Shown: positions 13,074-26,769, counted from the whole stretch's first letter. The stretch: DNA of 63,629 nt, filler included, from Chiloscyllium plagiosum (GCF_004010195.1; 4 parts of one record of this genome joined end to end with filler, not necessarily neighbours in it); one strand, 5' to 3'. Notes: generated from the letters alone by a model not told the origin. Made by a program: numbers and translations.

Positions 13074-13634
13074 ATGCACTCAAGTTGTTGTTAACTGCTG
13101 GGGGAACTGTTATCCAGTGTGGCCAATGTGACTCCAGACTCTCAGCAATGTCCTCCAAAATGCTGAGCAACCACCTAGTTGGCCAATATGGTTGAACTAG
13201 CTTAAGAAAATCTATTTAAATTACCAAAATAAGAACACATAAGAAAGTCATTCAGCCCAATTTGTATCTGTGGTGTCATAGAATCTTAGAGATCTGCAAC
13301 ACAGAAAAAGGCCCTTTGACCCATTGTGTGTATGTCAGTCAAATAAACCCAACTTGTTAAATGTTGTGAGGGTTTCTGCCCTCATGACCACGTGCCCTGT
13401 TATGAGAGTGGTGCCACCTCATTCTCTGAAGTCATCTATTTGACCAGCAATTCCATTCATAATGAATTGGATTTGACAGACATTTGGTCCAAATGGAAAT
13501 ATGGGACAGCACATATGGTGTTTTGTTAATGTTTTGAAAATGGACCATAAATATATCATTTGGCTGTCAGTTCTCTTTATAAATGCTTAACTGTCACTTT
13601 ATCATATCTCAAATCATTGCAGTTTTAAAAATAT

Positions 13635-15480
13635 TATTCATTCAAGGAATGTGGGTGTCAAGTTGGGCTGGCATCTCTTGCCCATTCCAATTGCTCTAGT
13701 GAAGGTGGTGGTAAGCTGCCTTCCTGAACTGCTACAGTGCTTCAGGATAAATGAACACTCATCTTTTTAGGAAGGCTGTTCTAGGATTTTGTCCCAATGA
13801 CACTGAAGAAGTAGTAATATATTTCCAAGTCAGGATGGTGAGGGACGTGGAAAGGGCTTTACAGGTAGTTGTGTTCCCATGTCTGCTGCATTCGTCCTTC
13901 TAGGTGGCATTGGTCATGGATTTGGGAGGTGCTGTCTAAGGAGCTTTGATAAATGTCTGCCATGCATCTTGAACTACTATGTGCCAGTTTTGAAGGGATT
14001 GAATATTGTAGGTCGTGTTGTGTTGCCAATCTAGCAGCATGTTTTGTCCTAGACAGTGTTGAGCTTCCTGAGTGTTATTGGAGCAAAGCCAATCCATGGG
14101 TGTCAGGAAGACACAGAAATTCAATCCTCTGACCTGCTTTTTTAGCCACAGTATTTGCATGACTGGGTCAGTTCAATCCTGGTCAATAGTAATCCCCAGG
14201 TGCTGATAATGGGGATTCAGTCATGAAAATGCTACTGAATTTCAAGGGGCAATAGTTAGATTCCCTTTTGTTGGAAATAGTAATTGACTAGTACTTGTGT
14301 GTTGGTGATGTTACTTGCCAGTATTCAACCAAACTTTGTCCCAAGTCTTGTTGCATTTGGACATGGATTGCTTCAGCATCAGAAGAGTCATGAATGGTGC
14401 TGAACATAGTGGAATTATCAGTGAACATCCCCATTTCTGATCTTATGGTGGAGGGAAGGCCATTGATGAATCAGTAGAACATAGAAAACAGACCATTTCA
14501 ACTCAGCATAGGCCTTTCGGCCCTAGTAAAGTGTAGGGCCTAGGACTGAGGAACTTACTTTCCTAAGGATTTTGTGCAGAGATGTCCTGGAGCTGAGATA
14601 ACTGATCACCAACAACCACAACCATCTTCCTTTGTGCCGCGTAATGCTCCAGCCAGCAGAGAGTTCTCATTGGCTTCAGCTCTGATGTATTGATGTCACA
14701 CTTGGCCAAGTGTTCCTTGATGTCAAGGGCAGTCACTCTAACCCTACCTCTGGAATTAATCTCATTTATCCATACTTGAACCAAGGCTGAAATTAGGTCA
14801 GGAGCTGAGTGGCCCTGGCAGAATACACCTCAATGTCAGTGAGCAGTTTATTGCTGAGCAGGTATTGGTTGACAGTACTGTTGATGACACCTTCCATCAT
14901 TCTACTGATAATCAACAGTAGACTGATAGGGCGGTAATTAGCCAGGTTGGATTTGTTTTGTTTTTTGCAAACAGGATATACATGGGCAGTTTTCCACATT
15001 GGAGAAAGTGAGAATTACAGATGCTGGAGATCAGAGTTGAGAATGTGGTGTTGAAAAAGCATAGCTGGTCAGGCAGCATTCAAGGAGCAGGAGAATTGAC
15101 TTTTCTGGCATTATTCCTGATGAATGGCTTATGCCGGAAACGTCAATTCTCCTGCTCCTTGGATGTTGCCTGACCTGCTGTGCTTTTCTAGCATCACACT
15201 CTGGACCCACTTTTCCACATTGTTGGGAAGATGCTTTACTGGAATAGATTGACTGGGGATGCACAAATCTTCAATACTATTACCGGAATGTTGTCAGGGC
15301 CCATAAATAAAAGGCTTTGTATTATTCAGTGCCTTCAGCTGTTTCTTGGTTCCATGTGGAATGAATCAAATTGGATGAAGACTGGCAAATGTAATGCTGG
15401 GAGCCACTGGGCAGGCCGAGATGGATCATCCACCATTCATGACTAGATGTGGCAAGACTGCACAGCTTAGATCTGACTCA
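13635..15480 (-). mobile_element. CR1-group LINE (second family), degraded RT
   Basis: WKTAHVYPVCKKQNKSNLANYRPISLL; VRVTALDIK; 3' tail shared with the SINE at 17.8-18.1 kb. Confidence 0.8.
15002..15210. mobile_element. Inverted Penelope-like terminal fragments with 12-bp TSD
   Basis: TTTTCCACATTG at 14990-15001 and 15211-15222; hammerhead motif at 15113-15148. Confidence 0.85.
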
Positions 15481-15559
15481 TTGATTGTGGTATTGCTTCA
15501 CTCTGTCTATCGCAAATGATTTATTTCAAATAAATTATGAATTAAGAGCATTAAAAAAA

Positions 15560-17290
15560 TGAAGTACAAAGAAGAACAAAGAAACTTTACAGCCCAGGAA
15601 CAGGCCCTTCGGCCCTCCAAGCCTGAGCCTATCCAAATGTACTGACTAAACCTGTCAGTCAATTCTGTATCCCTCTGCTCCCCACCTACTCATGCATCTA
15701 TCCAAATGCATCTTAAATGAATCTACCATGTCTGCTTCTACCACCTCTGATGGCAATGCATTCCAAAAGCCCACCATCCTTTGTGTGAAGTATTTGCTGT
15801 GTGTATCTTCCTTAAACTTTTCACCTCTCAGCTTGACAGCGTGACCTCTCGTTATTGAATCCTTCACCCTGAGAAAAAGCTTGTCTCTATCCACCCTGTC
15901 TGTACAATTCGTGATTTTGTAAACCTCATTCAGGTCCCCCCTCAATCTCATTTTTTCTAATGAAAATAAACCTGACCTACTCAACCTCTCTTCATAGCTA
16001 GCATCTTCCATACCAGGCAACATCCTTGTAAACCTTCTCTGCACCTTCTCCAAAGCGTCTGCATCCTTTTGGTAATGTGGCGACCAGAACTGTGCACAGT
16101 ATTCTAAATGCGGCCGAACCAATGTCTTGTAAAATTTTAGCATGGCTTGCCAGCTCTTATATTCAATACCCCATCCAATGAAGGCAAGCCTTCTTGACTA
16201 CTATCCACCTGTGTAGCAAACTTCAGGGTACAATGGTTCTGCACTCCCAGATCTCTCTGCCCATCAACTTTTCCCAAGGCTCTTCCGTTCATTGTATAAT
16301 TCGCTCTAGAATTAGTCTTGCCTAAATGCATCACCAAACATTTGTCTGGATTGAAAACCATCTGCCACTTTTCTGCCCAATTCTCCAGTCTATCTATATT
16401 CTCCTGTATTCTCTGACAGTCCCTTATGCTTTATGGTACTCCACCAGTCTTCGTGTCATCTGCAAACTTGCTGATCATACCAACAGTGCCCTCTTCCAGA
16501 TCATTTATGTATGTTACAAACAACAGTGGCCCCAACACTGACCCCTGTGGAACACCACTTGTCACCTTTCTGCATTTTAAGAAACTCCCTTCAACTACTA
16601 CTCTCTGTTTCCTGTTGTTCAACCAGTTCTTTATCCACCTAGCTAGAATACCCTGCACACCATGTGACTTCACTTTCTCCATTTGTCTACCATCGGGAAC
16701 CTTATCAAACGCCTTACTAAAATCCATGTATATGACATCAACAGCCCTTCCTTCATCTATCAATTTGGTCACTTCCTCGAAGAACTCTATTAAGTTGGTA
16801 AGGCACGATCTCCCCTGCACAAAACCATGTTGCCTGTCACTGAAAAGGCCATTCTTTCCTAAATATAAATAGATCCTATCACTCAGTACCTTCTCAAGCA
16901 AATTTCCCACCAGTGACGTCAGGCTCACTGGTCTGTAGTTACCTGGAATATCCCTACTACCCTTCTTGTACAGGGGGACAACATGAGCAACTCTCCAGTC
17001 CTCCGGCAACTCACCTGTATTTAAGGATGCCACAATGATATCTGTCAGGGCCCCAGCTATTTCCTCTCTTGCCTCTCTCAGCAACCTGGGATAGATACCA
17101 TCTGGTCTTGGGGATTTGTCCACCGTAATAACCTCTAGCCTACCCAATATATTTTCCCTACTTATGTCAATGTGATCCAGACTAATCAAACCTCTATCTC
17201 TAATCTAAATATTCATCATGTTCCTCTCCTCAGTGAACACTGATGCAAAGTAATCATTCAGAATCTCAACCATTCACTCATGTTCAACAC
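15560..17290 (-). mobile_element. CR1 LINE, 5'-truncated, well-preserved RT
   Basis: 252-aa ORF with NYRPVSLTS, QHGF...SCLTNL, YMDFSKAFDKVP, GVPQGSVLGPLLF, KFADDTK; C-terminal ORF 15655-16143. Confidence 0.95.
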
Positions 17291-17789
17291 ACAATGTAGG
17301 CTATTTTTCCAGTTGAGGTGGCTCCATCACTCAATAAGACAGTGTCTGATTTAATCGGAGCTTTAATTCTGCTTCCTAACAAGCAATCTCCTTCATCTTT
17401 TTGATCAAAATCTATCTAAATCATACTAGTGACAACCTTATGCCTCTATTGTTTGTGAGAATGCTGTTGTTTTCCAATCAGGCACTTTTGTGGTCAGCAA
17501 AATTCCATCTGTTTGAGCCCCTAATAGGGTGGAGATCCAAACTGGGAGGGCTGTCAGTTCATCAGAGGCTATCAGATTTCCAGTACTAACAATGCCTTTG
17601 GAGAGAGTGGCCGTTGTAGATGCTACATTGGGAATCCCAGGATTAATGTAGAGGTGAGTGTGGATAGCATGGCAGATTCATGTGGAGGGGTTCACCAGCA
17701 AGAAATGGGGGAGCAACCATTTTGCTTTCTTTTCTGAGACCAAACCACATTGGCAATGAGCATGCCAGTCCAGAAAATAATATTCAAGA

Positions 17790-18130
17790 GGCAATGGACT
17801 ATTAGTACTATCACTAGTTTATTAATCCAGAGACCCAGGTAAAGGTTTGGGACCTTGATTTGAATTCCTCTATTGCGGATGGCAGAATCTGTATTCAAAA
17901 AAAATCTGGAATTCTGAGTTTAATGATGACCATAAAACCATTGTTGATTGTTGGGAAAAGTCCTACTGCTCCATTAATATCCTTTGGGGAAGGAAACTAC
18001 TGGTCTGGCCTATGTGTGGACTGCAGACCTGTTGCAATGTGGTTGATTCTTAATGCCCAGCTCGGCAATTTTGAATGGATAATAAATGCTTGCCTAAGCA
18101 GTCATGCCTACATCCCATGAATGAAGAAAA
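17790..18130 (+). mobile_element. Old tRNA-type SINE with a LINE-derived tail
   Basis: Degenerate tRNA-like head; tail (aataaatgct...acatcccatgaatgaa) matches the 3' end of the LINE at 13635; a related copy lies on the minus strand at about 23690-23920. Confidence 0.55.
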
Positions 18131-18389
18131 AATGATGAATCTTTATTCCTTTCACTCAGTTTCTAGTTCTGCCTATGTAACTGTCTGCCATTTTATTTCT
18201 TAATCTAGATAACCTTGCCTTTGTGTGCCAAAAGAAAGTGCAGAATAAAAATGAAGATTAACCTAGTGAGAAATGAAGATTAACCTAGTGTGCGTTAGCA
18301 TATGCAACAAAACCTTTTCTGATTGCAGTCAGCCTGGTGGTGAGTGCCCTCTGATGGCAGCAAAAGCAAACAGCTGTTGGTATCTGCAA

Positions 18390-20110
18390 TCATAAGAACA
18401 TCGGCAAGTAGGAGCAGGAATTGGCAATTTAGCCCCTCAAGCCTGCGCCACCATTTGATACGATAATGGCTGACCTCATCTTGGCTTCAGTGTTTACTAA
18501 CAGAAAGTGCAGAAACAAAATGAGGATAAACATAGTGAGAGAGGTAGCTGAATGCTGGAATCTGCAACAAGAAACATTTTCTGATTGAAGTCACCCTTTC
18601 CTTCCCATTTTCTATAGCTCTTCAATCCTTCCATTATTAATTAAAAATCTATCAATTTCCTCCTTAGATTTTCCAATGTCCTAGCATCCAACACACCAGT
18701 GAATTCCACAGATTCACAACCTAATTTCTCCTCATCCATTTTAAATCTGCTATGCCTTATCCTAAAATTTAACCTCTTGTTATGATTGCCACACATGATG
18801 AAACACAGTTTCTACATCAACTTGTTTGCTGCAATTTATGCATGAAGTGTCCTAAATCCCTTTGCAGTGAAACATTCTTAAATTTATAGAATCATAGAAT
18901 CATACAATAAGGAAACTGTCCCTTTAGCCCAACAACTTCCATTGGCAGCTCATTCCACATTTATACTGCATTTAGTGAAAAAAACGTTGCCCCCTCAAAT
19001 CCCTTTTAAATCTTTCCTCTCTCACCTTAAATCTATGCCCTGTCATAGAGGCATAGAATCAGAGAGTCATACAGTATGGAAACATATCCATGCCAACCAT
19101 GTTCTCAAAATAAACTAGCTCCACCTCCCTGCGCTTTGTCCATATCCCTCCAAACGTCCTATTCATGTATCTCTCCAAATGTTTTTTAAAGTTGTAACTG
19201 TACCCGCATCCACGATTTTCTCTAAAGTTCATTCCATACATGAACCACGCTTTGTGTAAGAAAAAGTTGTCCCTTGTATCCTTTCACCTTAAAAATACAT
19301 CCCGTGGTTTTTAACTCCCTCATCCTAGGGAAAAGACATTAGTATTCACCTTATTTATGCCCCTTATGATTTTATAAACATAAATAATCTCATGCTCCTT
19401 CAGTCCAGTGAAAAAAGTCCCAGTTTTGCCAGTCTATTGTTATATCTCAAACCCTCCATTCCTGGCAACATCCTGGTAAATCTTTCCTGAACCCTGCCCA
19501 GTTTAATACCATCCTTCCTTGAATGGGGTGACCAGAACTGCAGAAGAGGCCTCACCAACATCCTGTACAACCTCAGCATGACGTCCCAACTCAAAGGTCT
19601 ACGCAATACTCCAATGTGGTCTTGCCAATGTTTTGTACAGCTATAACATAATGTCCCAACTACTGTGCTCAGTGCTCTGACCGATCAAGTCAATCTTGCC
19701 AAATGCTTTCTTCACCACCGTGTCTACCTGTGATACCACTTTTAAGGAACTATGTACCTGCACTCCAGGTCTCTTTGTTTAATAACACTCTCCAAGGCTC
19801 TGCCATTAACTATGTATGTCCTGTCCTGGTTTGTCTTGCCAAAATGTAACACCTTGCATTTATCTGAATTAAACTGTACTTGCTATTCCTGGCCTACTGG
19901 CCCAGTTGATCAAGAGACCATTGTACTCTTAGCTAACCACCTCCATTATGTTACCAATTTTTCAGCCATTCACAAAATTTACATGCATCCAAATTATTCA
20001 TATGCATAACGAATAATAGTGGACCCAGCATGATCCTTGCAGCACACCACAGGCCTCCAGTCTGAACAACAATTTCTACCACCTGTCTCCTACTGCCAAG
20101 CCAATTGAGT
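18390..20110 (-). mobile_element. Nested CR1 3' fragments
   Basis: Several 3' tails (atagaatc repeats); LYRMLVRPLL...RVQERFTRMLPG. Confidence 0.8.
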
Positions 20111-20214
20111 CTCAGGGGTTCTTGAAATAGTTCCATAATATGTAGTAGATAGTCATTGTCATACAAACCGCAGGTTTATTCAATATGAATCTTTTGGATA
20201 ATGTGAAGGTTTTA

Positions 20215-21037
20215 GCAGCTCCACTCTCTGCAACTGGATCCTCAGTCTCCTGACCCACAGACCACAATCAGTGAAGACTGGGGACAATATTTCATCCTCA
20301 CTAAGGGTGCGTAATCAGCCCCCTACTGACCCATTGTATACCCATGACTGCATCGCCAGATACCAGACAAATGCCATTTACAAGTTTTCTGATGACACCA
20401 CCATAGTTGGCAAAGAATCTTAGATGGCGACAAAACAGACCACAGATGGGAGGTGGAAGACCTGGAAAAATTATACACTGAGAACAACCTAGCTCTCAAT
20501 GCCAGCAAAACCAAGGAACTCATTATTGACTTTCAGCGGGATGTTACTCATTCCTGATGAAGGGCTCCTGCCCGAAAGATCGATTTTCCGGCTCCTCGGA
20601 TGCTGCCTGACCTGTTGTGCTTTTTCAGCACTATTCTAATCTTGACTCTAATCTCCAGCATCTGCAGTCCTCACTTTCACTCTATTACTCATGCCGCCAT
20701 TCCCCTCTCACCCATCCCACACACACTAACAACATAGAGGTGGAACGAGTGGAGAGTCTCAAGCTCCTGGGAGTGGTCATTTACTACAAGCTTTCTTGGA
20801 CTCTTCATGTGGACGCATTGGTTACAACGGCCCAACGAAGTCTCTTCTTCATCAGAGGAAATTTGGCATGATGGTGAATACCCTTGCCAACTTCTATAGG
20901 TGCGCCATCGAGAGCTTTCTGTCTGGATGTATCACTACCTGGTATGGCAACTGTATCATTCAAGATTGGAGACGGTTACAGAGAGTGGTGAATTCGACCC
21001 AGATAATCACAAAGGCCAACCTCCCATCTATAAACAG
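20215..21037 (+). mobile_element. Rex1/Babar-like LINE RT 3' fragment
   Basis: YTHDC...IYKFSDDTTIVG, LALNASKTKELIIDF, NFYRCAIESFLSGCITTWYGNC...LQRVV. Confidence 0.8.
20550..20585 (+). ncRNA. Minimal type-I hammerhead ribozyme motif in a Penelope-like insertion (20552-20684, TSD TTACTCAT)
   Basis: CTGATGA-A-GGGC-tcct-GCCC-GAAA-GATC-GATT; weak helix I (attc/gatt). Confidence 0.6.
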
Positions 21038-21479
21038 CCAGTGGTACTGATGGAGAGACCTGTGAGTTCCAGAATGACTTGATGATGTGACCTGGCCTTG
21101 AATTGTTGGTTTGTGGGTTGTGCCCTTGTAGGTAGGGCATTCTCCTGTGTGGAGACCATTCTTCTGCAGGTGGAATCTGTTCCCATGAGTGAACTTTATT
21201 TAGGTGTGTGGACTTCCTTTTGTGTGGGGATCTTGCTGTCAGATGTGGACTCTGCCTTTGGTCATGGATTCTGTTCTTGAATGTGGACTCTGCCTTTTTG
21301 GCATGGACTCTGCCTGCGTATTGGGAATTTCTATTGTGTGAGGAATTCGTAAACACCTTTACAGTCTATTGGTCTTGTGACTGATTGTGTTTGGAGCTTT
21401 TGTATATGTATAGTTAGAGGTTAGAAGGTTGGCTGGGGACTGTGAGGTGCTGGGGACTTAATGGCCCACAGCCAACCCA

Positions 21480-23220
21480 CACGATAAAGGCACGCTATAG
21501 GCCAGTTAATGCATGGTGTGGCCGGAGGCAGGGTGGCCGATATAGACCCAGAAGAATGCTGGCCAGTCTGGACTAGTCAGTATGTGAGGTGGCCGGGTGG
21601 CAGATCTTGACCCAGAGGGATGCGAGTTGGAGTGGCCTACTCAGTAAGTGGGCGGCTGGGTGGCTGATATTAATCCGGAGGGATGCGAGCTGGAGTGGCC
21701 TAATCAGTAGGTGGGGCGGCCGGGTGGCTGATATTGACCCGGAGGGATGCGAGCTGGAGTGGCCTACTCAGTACATGGGGCGGCTGGGTGGCTGAAATTA
21801 ATCCGGAGGGATGCAGGCTGGAGTGGCCTAGTCAGTATGTGGGGTGGCCGGGTGGCTGATATTGACCCGGAGGGATGCGGGCGGGAGTGGCCTGGTCAGA
21901 CGTGGGGTGGCCAGGTGCCAGAGGGCCCATAATTGACCTGGAGGGATGCAGGCCAATGTGGGCTAGTCACTACGTGGGGTGGTTGAGTGGCTGATATTGA
22001 CTCGGAGGGATGTGGGCTGGAGTGGCCTAGTTAGTACCTGGGGTGGCCAGGTGGCTGATATTGACCTGAAGTGATGCGGACTGGAGTGGCCTAGTCAGTA
22101 CCTGGGGCGGTCAGGTGGCTGATATTGACCCGGAGGGATGCGGGCTGGAGTGGCCTAGTCAGTATCTGAGGCGGCCAGGTGGCTGATATTGACCCGGAGG
22201 GATGTGGGCTGGAGTGGCCTAGTGAGTACCTGGGGCAGCCAGGTGGCTGATATTGACCCGGAGGGATGCGGGCTGGAGTGGCCTAGTCAGTACCTGGGGC
22301 GGCCAGGTGCCAGAGGCCCATAATTGACCTGGAGGGATGCAGGCCAGTATGGGCCAGTCAGTACATGGGGCGGCTGGGGTCCGCATGGCCGATAATTGAC
22401 CTAGAGGTACTCGGGCAGGAGAGTTGGAGCACCAACGACCAGCCTGGGGGAAAGCGGGCTGGGGAGGGGTTCTGTTAGTATGCGGGGTGGCCGGGGTCCA
22501 GACAGCCAACAGCATGCCTATAGGAAAGCTGGCCAGGCGAGGGCCAGCCAGTACATGAGCTGGCTGGGGGCTGGAGGGTCGATGACCAGTCTGGAGGAAA
22601 GCGGGCTGGGAGGTGTCTGTCAGTATTTGGGGTGGGTGGGGCCAGGCAACTGATGGTGTGCTTGCAGGTAAGCCAGTATGGGGAGGTAAGGGGAGGCAAG
22701 TCAGTACACGGAGAGGCTGAGACAGGCAGCAGACTGTGGACCATAAGAAGGCTGACCGGGGGAAGATTAGTCAGTACGCAGGGAGGCTGGGAGCCGGACA
22801 GCTGATGGCTGGTCCATAGGAACGCTGGCCAGGTGAAAGGGTCAGTTAGTACGCCAGCCGGATGCTGGAAGGCCAACAGCCCCGACGTTTGGAAATCAGG
22901 TCAGGGGTGGTTTGGTTAGTACGCGGGGTGACCAGGAGCTGGTGGCTGATGTCCGTCCCGGAGGAAATGGGCCTGAGGAGGGTCAGTCAGTATGCAGATC
23001 AGCCAGAGACTGGAAGACCGAAAACCAGCTTGTAGGAAAGCGGCCCGGGGTAGTCCAGTCAGTACAGGGCGACTGGGAGCTGGGTGGCCGATGACCAGCC
23101 TGGAGGAAAGCAGGCCTGGGGAGGGTCAGTTAGTATGCAGGGCAGCCAGAGACCAGAAGGATAGCTAGATAAGGACAGTCTGATCAGTACATGGTGTGGA
23201 CCGGGGCCAGGAGATCTGTA
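21480..23220. repeat. GC-rich minisatellite with 64-bp unit, degenerating into about 70-bp units
   Basis: TGGCTGA at 21661, 21725, 21789, 21853 and at 21988, 22052, 22116, 22180, 22244 (64-bp steps). Confidence 0.95.
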
Positions 23221-24329
23221 GGCCTGGAGACCGGAGGGTGTCGGTGGAGTTGAGATGTGTAATCAGTGTTTTTCATTGTTCCATGCTGTTTTTGGCTATG
23301 TTGTGTTTTTAGACTGCTTTCTCTTGTGCCTGGGCATGGGTGACACATAAAGTGTTTGAAATTATTTATTGTGGGCTTTTGCCAGATGTAAACTTTGCCC
23401 TTAGGGGCTTAAATGGACGTTTTAATGGACTTCTGTCATTATGGTACTTTTCAAAAGCACAATGGTCTGTGTGAAAACTCTGTATTTTTTATGTAATGTT
23501 GTTGTTTTGTGAGATACTGGGCACTTTATGGTTGCATCCCTACTTCTCTTGTGTGTTATTACTGTCTATTTTGTTTAGTATAACTGTGAATTAAAAAAAT
23601 ATATATAGCCAGGAAATCAGAATTTCCTCAATTGAAGGCTGGCTTCGAGTTGGCTGGCACACCAACCTCTGTGCAGTTCTTTTTTTGCTTTATTGATTAA
23701 TGGGAAGAGAGCATCACTGGCCAGACCAGCATTTCTTGCCCACCCCCAGGAACCAAGGGGTGATATAGTTGGGTTTTTCTGACAATTGATAATGGATTCA
23801 TGGTCACCAATAGACTTCGGATTCCGCCATCTGCCATGGAGGTTTTCGAACCTGGCTCCCCAAAACATTATCTAGGTCTCTGAATTAACAGTCAAGTGGT
23901 AATACCACTAAGCCACCACTTCCCCCAAACCTCCATCCCTGAGTAGCTCTTTTCTAAAAAGTACAATAATTATGTTTAAATAAGAACACTGTTAACTAAC
24001 TTCCCTGACCCAACTTTGCTTACTTTTATTCTTTTATTATATTGGCTCTGACTTCCACTTATTCACGTTGTGACTCAGCTAGTCCCTTCTTCCAAAAAAA
24101 TAGACACTTTTTTAAAAATCACGAGGAAATCACCACAGTGCTTTCCTGTAAAATCATTGTTGTGATTTGTTTTCCCAATTAGCAGTCTGCTGAATCTGCA
24201 GCTATTAAACTAAGACTCCCTTCTCTCTGCTCAATTCAATACCTGAGAAGTGGGGCCAGTCAGGGCAACAGCAGATGGAATGGAGCTGAATTTAGAGGTG
24301 GAGCTCTGGAGATTACATCACAATTCAAA

Positions 24330-24960
24330 AAGTGATATAGACTAGTCTGCTCAAGAACCAGGTCTTAAGGAAAGCAAAGTACTTATTTTTATTGTTCTAG
24401 TTTGTTAGGAATAGAGAGGGAGAGTGAGAAATCTGATTTGGTGATTAGTGGGTAAGGTTGTCGAATTGGTTCCGAGACTATTGTCTGCAGCTGATCGGGT
24501 TAAATGGCAGGAGAACTTACCTCTGTGGAATACCTCTTCTGATATTTGGATTTCCAGGGCAGATGGGATAGGTTGCACCTAAACTGGAGGGGCACCAAAT
24601 CATTTCAGGGAGGTTTTCTGGTGCCACTCAGGAGGGTTTAAACTAGTGTGGCAGGGGGTATAGGAAACAGCAGTAAGTCAGCATGTGGAGTGTTAGAAGA
24701 GAAAAAAGGGGCTAAATTAAGTAAGTTTAGTTATGCTAAAACAAATAGTAAAGTGTTCTTTGAATATATTAATAGTAAAAGGTGATTGAAGGAGAGAGTG
24801 GTGCCCAGAAGGAACAAGCAGGGTAAACTGCCCACTGTAGCAAAACGATAATGAGGGATAGAACAGGGCCAATTTATATGCCTCCTCTTTGGCTTTAAGA
24901 CTGTTCCTGATGTCCCTTGTTAGCCATGATTGAGCCACCTTCCCTGTTTTACTCTTACGC
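24330..24960 (+). mobile_element. CR1 5'/ORF1 fragments
   Basis: ORF1-start-like MAGELTSVE and esterase end DRLHLNWRGT...EGLN*. Confidence 0.6.
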
Positions 24961-25199
24961 CGGACAGTAATGTCAATTGTTGAAGAGAAATCACTCCCCC
25001 TAGGAATGGTAGGGCAGGCTTGATGAGCTGAATACCTATGTCAGTTCCCATATCCCTATATTCAAAGTGAAACCAGCTGGTAATTTGAGCCCATTAGCTT
25101 GTAGACAGCAAGGGCAAGTATCTTGATTTTAGAATGAAATAAATCATCACCACTTTTTAATTTTAAGGTGGAAGAGATAGCCACAAGAAAACTCTTTAC

Positions 25200-25880
25200 C
25201 GCAGGGAACTGAAATTAGGCAGACACAATTATCATTTATTTGAAACATTGGACACCAATGGAATTGTGCTACCTAACACAGTTATCTGTCATCTTGCATC
25301 TAGAGCAAAGGCTAAATCTCTCTGAGCCAACTTCGGGAGAGGGATGTTTGTTTTCTTTCTCGTGTAGAGACTTCTGTCTCATTGGTGTTGCAGTTTACAG
25401 AAAACTGTGAGGAATCATTAATGTCTCAATGAAAAGATGCTGGTGTGTTGCCTTTTTAAATCACTGTAGACTATATGCTGAATGTAAAGCTACAGTTCTA
25501 AGTGGAAGAAGTTCTAAGTTTTTGACCCAGCAACAGTGAAAGAAAGGAGCTATCAAGCTGGATTCTCATGTCCTTGATTATGGAAAACACTGAATTTTTA
25601 AAAAAAAATTGAAACATTCAATTTGCCGTGCCTTTCTGAGCCCATACTATTTTTTTCTAGCTACTTTGTGAGCACTGAACCTGCATATATACCTGACAAC
25701 CGGAGCTCCAAATCCATACCCATCCTGGCTCCTCCTGTACTGTATTATAGCTCACAAACCCAATCCCTCTGCGCCCAATCCCCATGTCTCTCACTGACAA
25801 GCATATGACACATTTGTTGTTCAGAGACAGATTCACATTTCAGAAAATGCAGAAGAGCCCAACTTGCATTTTCTCAGTTC
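25200..25880 (-). pseudogene. PKD1-like module: C-type lectin C-terminus and Cys-rich segment
   Basis: NKCVI/LVSERHGDWAQRDWVCEL* (WVCEL* at 25745-25762) is a typical lectin end ~ HCVRL...YVCELQ; HWCPMFQ..NCVCL..PC (HWCP at 25249-25260) ~ RWCPGANICLPLDASC. Confidence 0.6.
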
Positions 25881-25904
25881 CTATATGAGAATCAGGCCCC
25901 ATAG

Positions 25905-26750
25905 TTTTCATCAGGATGATATGTGACTTGGAAACCAGGTCATGGTTTCCCTGTGTGTCTACATATCTGCTGCCCTTGATCTTATGGTGCTAGAGGATAT
26001 AGGTTTGGAAGGTGATGTCAAAAGATCTTTGATTAATTGCTGCAATATATCTTGTAAATGGTACATACTGCTGCCACTGAGCATTGGTGATGGAGGGAAT
26101 GAATGTTTGTGGATATGATGCCAATCGAGTGAACCGCTTTCTCCTGGATGGTGTCAAGTTTCTTGAGTGTTATTGGAACCACACTCATCCAGAAGAATGG
26201 GGTGCATAGCATCACACTCCTGACTCATGCCTTGTAGAAAGTCAACAGGTTGTGGAGAGTTAGGTGGTGAGTTATTTGCTGCAAGATTCCTGTCTCTGTC
26301 TTGTTCTTTCAGCCACTATATTTATGTATTTAGTTCAGTTCAATTTCTGGTCAATAATAACCCCTAGGATGGTGATAATGGAGGATTCAGTGATGGTGAC
26401 AGCATTGAACACCAAGCAGAAATGGTTAGAATCTGTATTGTTGGAAATGCTAGGCTTGTATGTGATACAAATATTAAATGCCATTTATGCTGTGCAGATC
26501 TTAATGCTGCTTCAGTAACTGAGAAGTCGTGAATAGTACTGAACATTATGCAATCATTGGGGAACATCCCCACTTATGACCTTATCTTGGAGGGAAGGTC
26601 ATTGATGAAGCAGTTGAAGATAGTCATGTTTCAGACACTACCCCGGGGAACTTTTGCAGAAACGTCCTGAAGCTGAAATGTTTGACCTCCAACAAACTCA
26701 GCCATTTTCCTATGTGTCAGGTATGACTCCAACTAGTAGAGAGTGTCCCG
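25905..26750 (-). mobile_element. CR1-group LINE (second family) fragment
   Basis: KKLDTIQEKA...IHSLHHQCSVAAVCTIYKI; similar to 13.6-14.6 kb. Confidence 0.75.
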
Positions 26751-26769
26751 AGTTCGTAATATGACCTGA

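Noticed and set aside
21480..22370. CRISPR-like array or repetitive protein ORFs
   Set aside because: Units are contiguous with no unique spacers, there are no cas genes, the context is vertebrate, and a 64-bp period breaks the reading frame.
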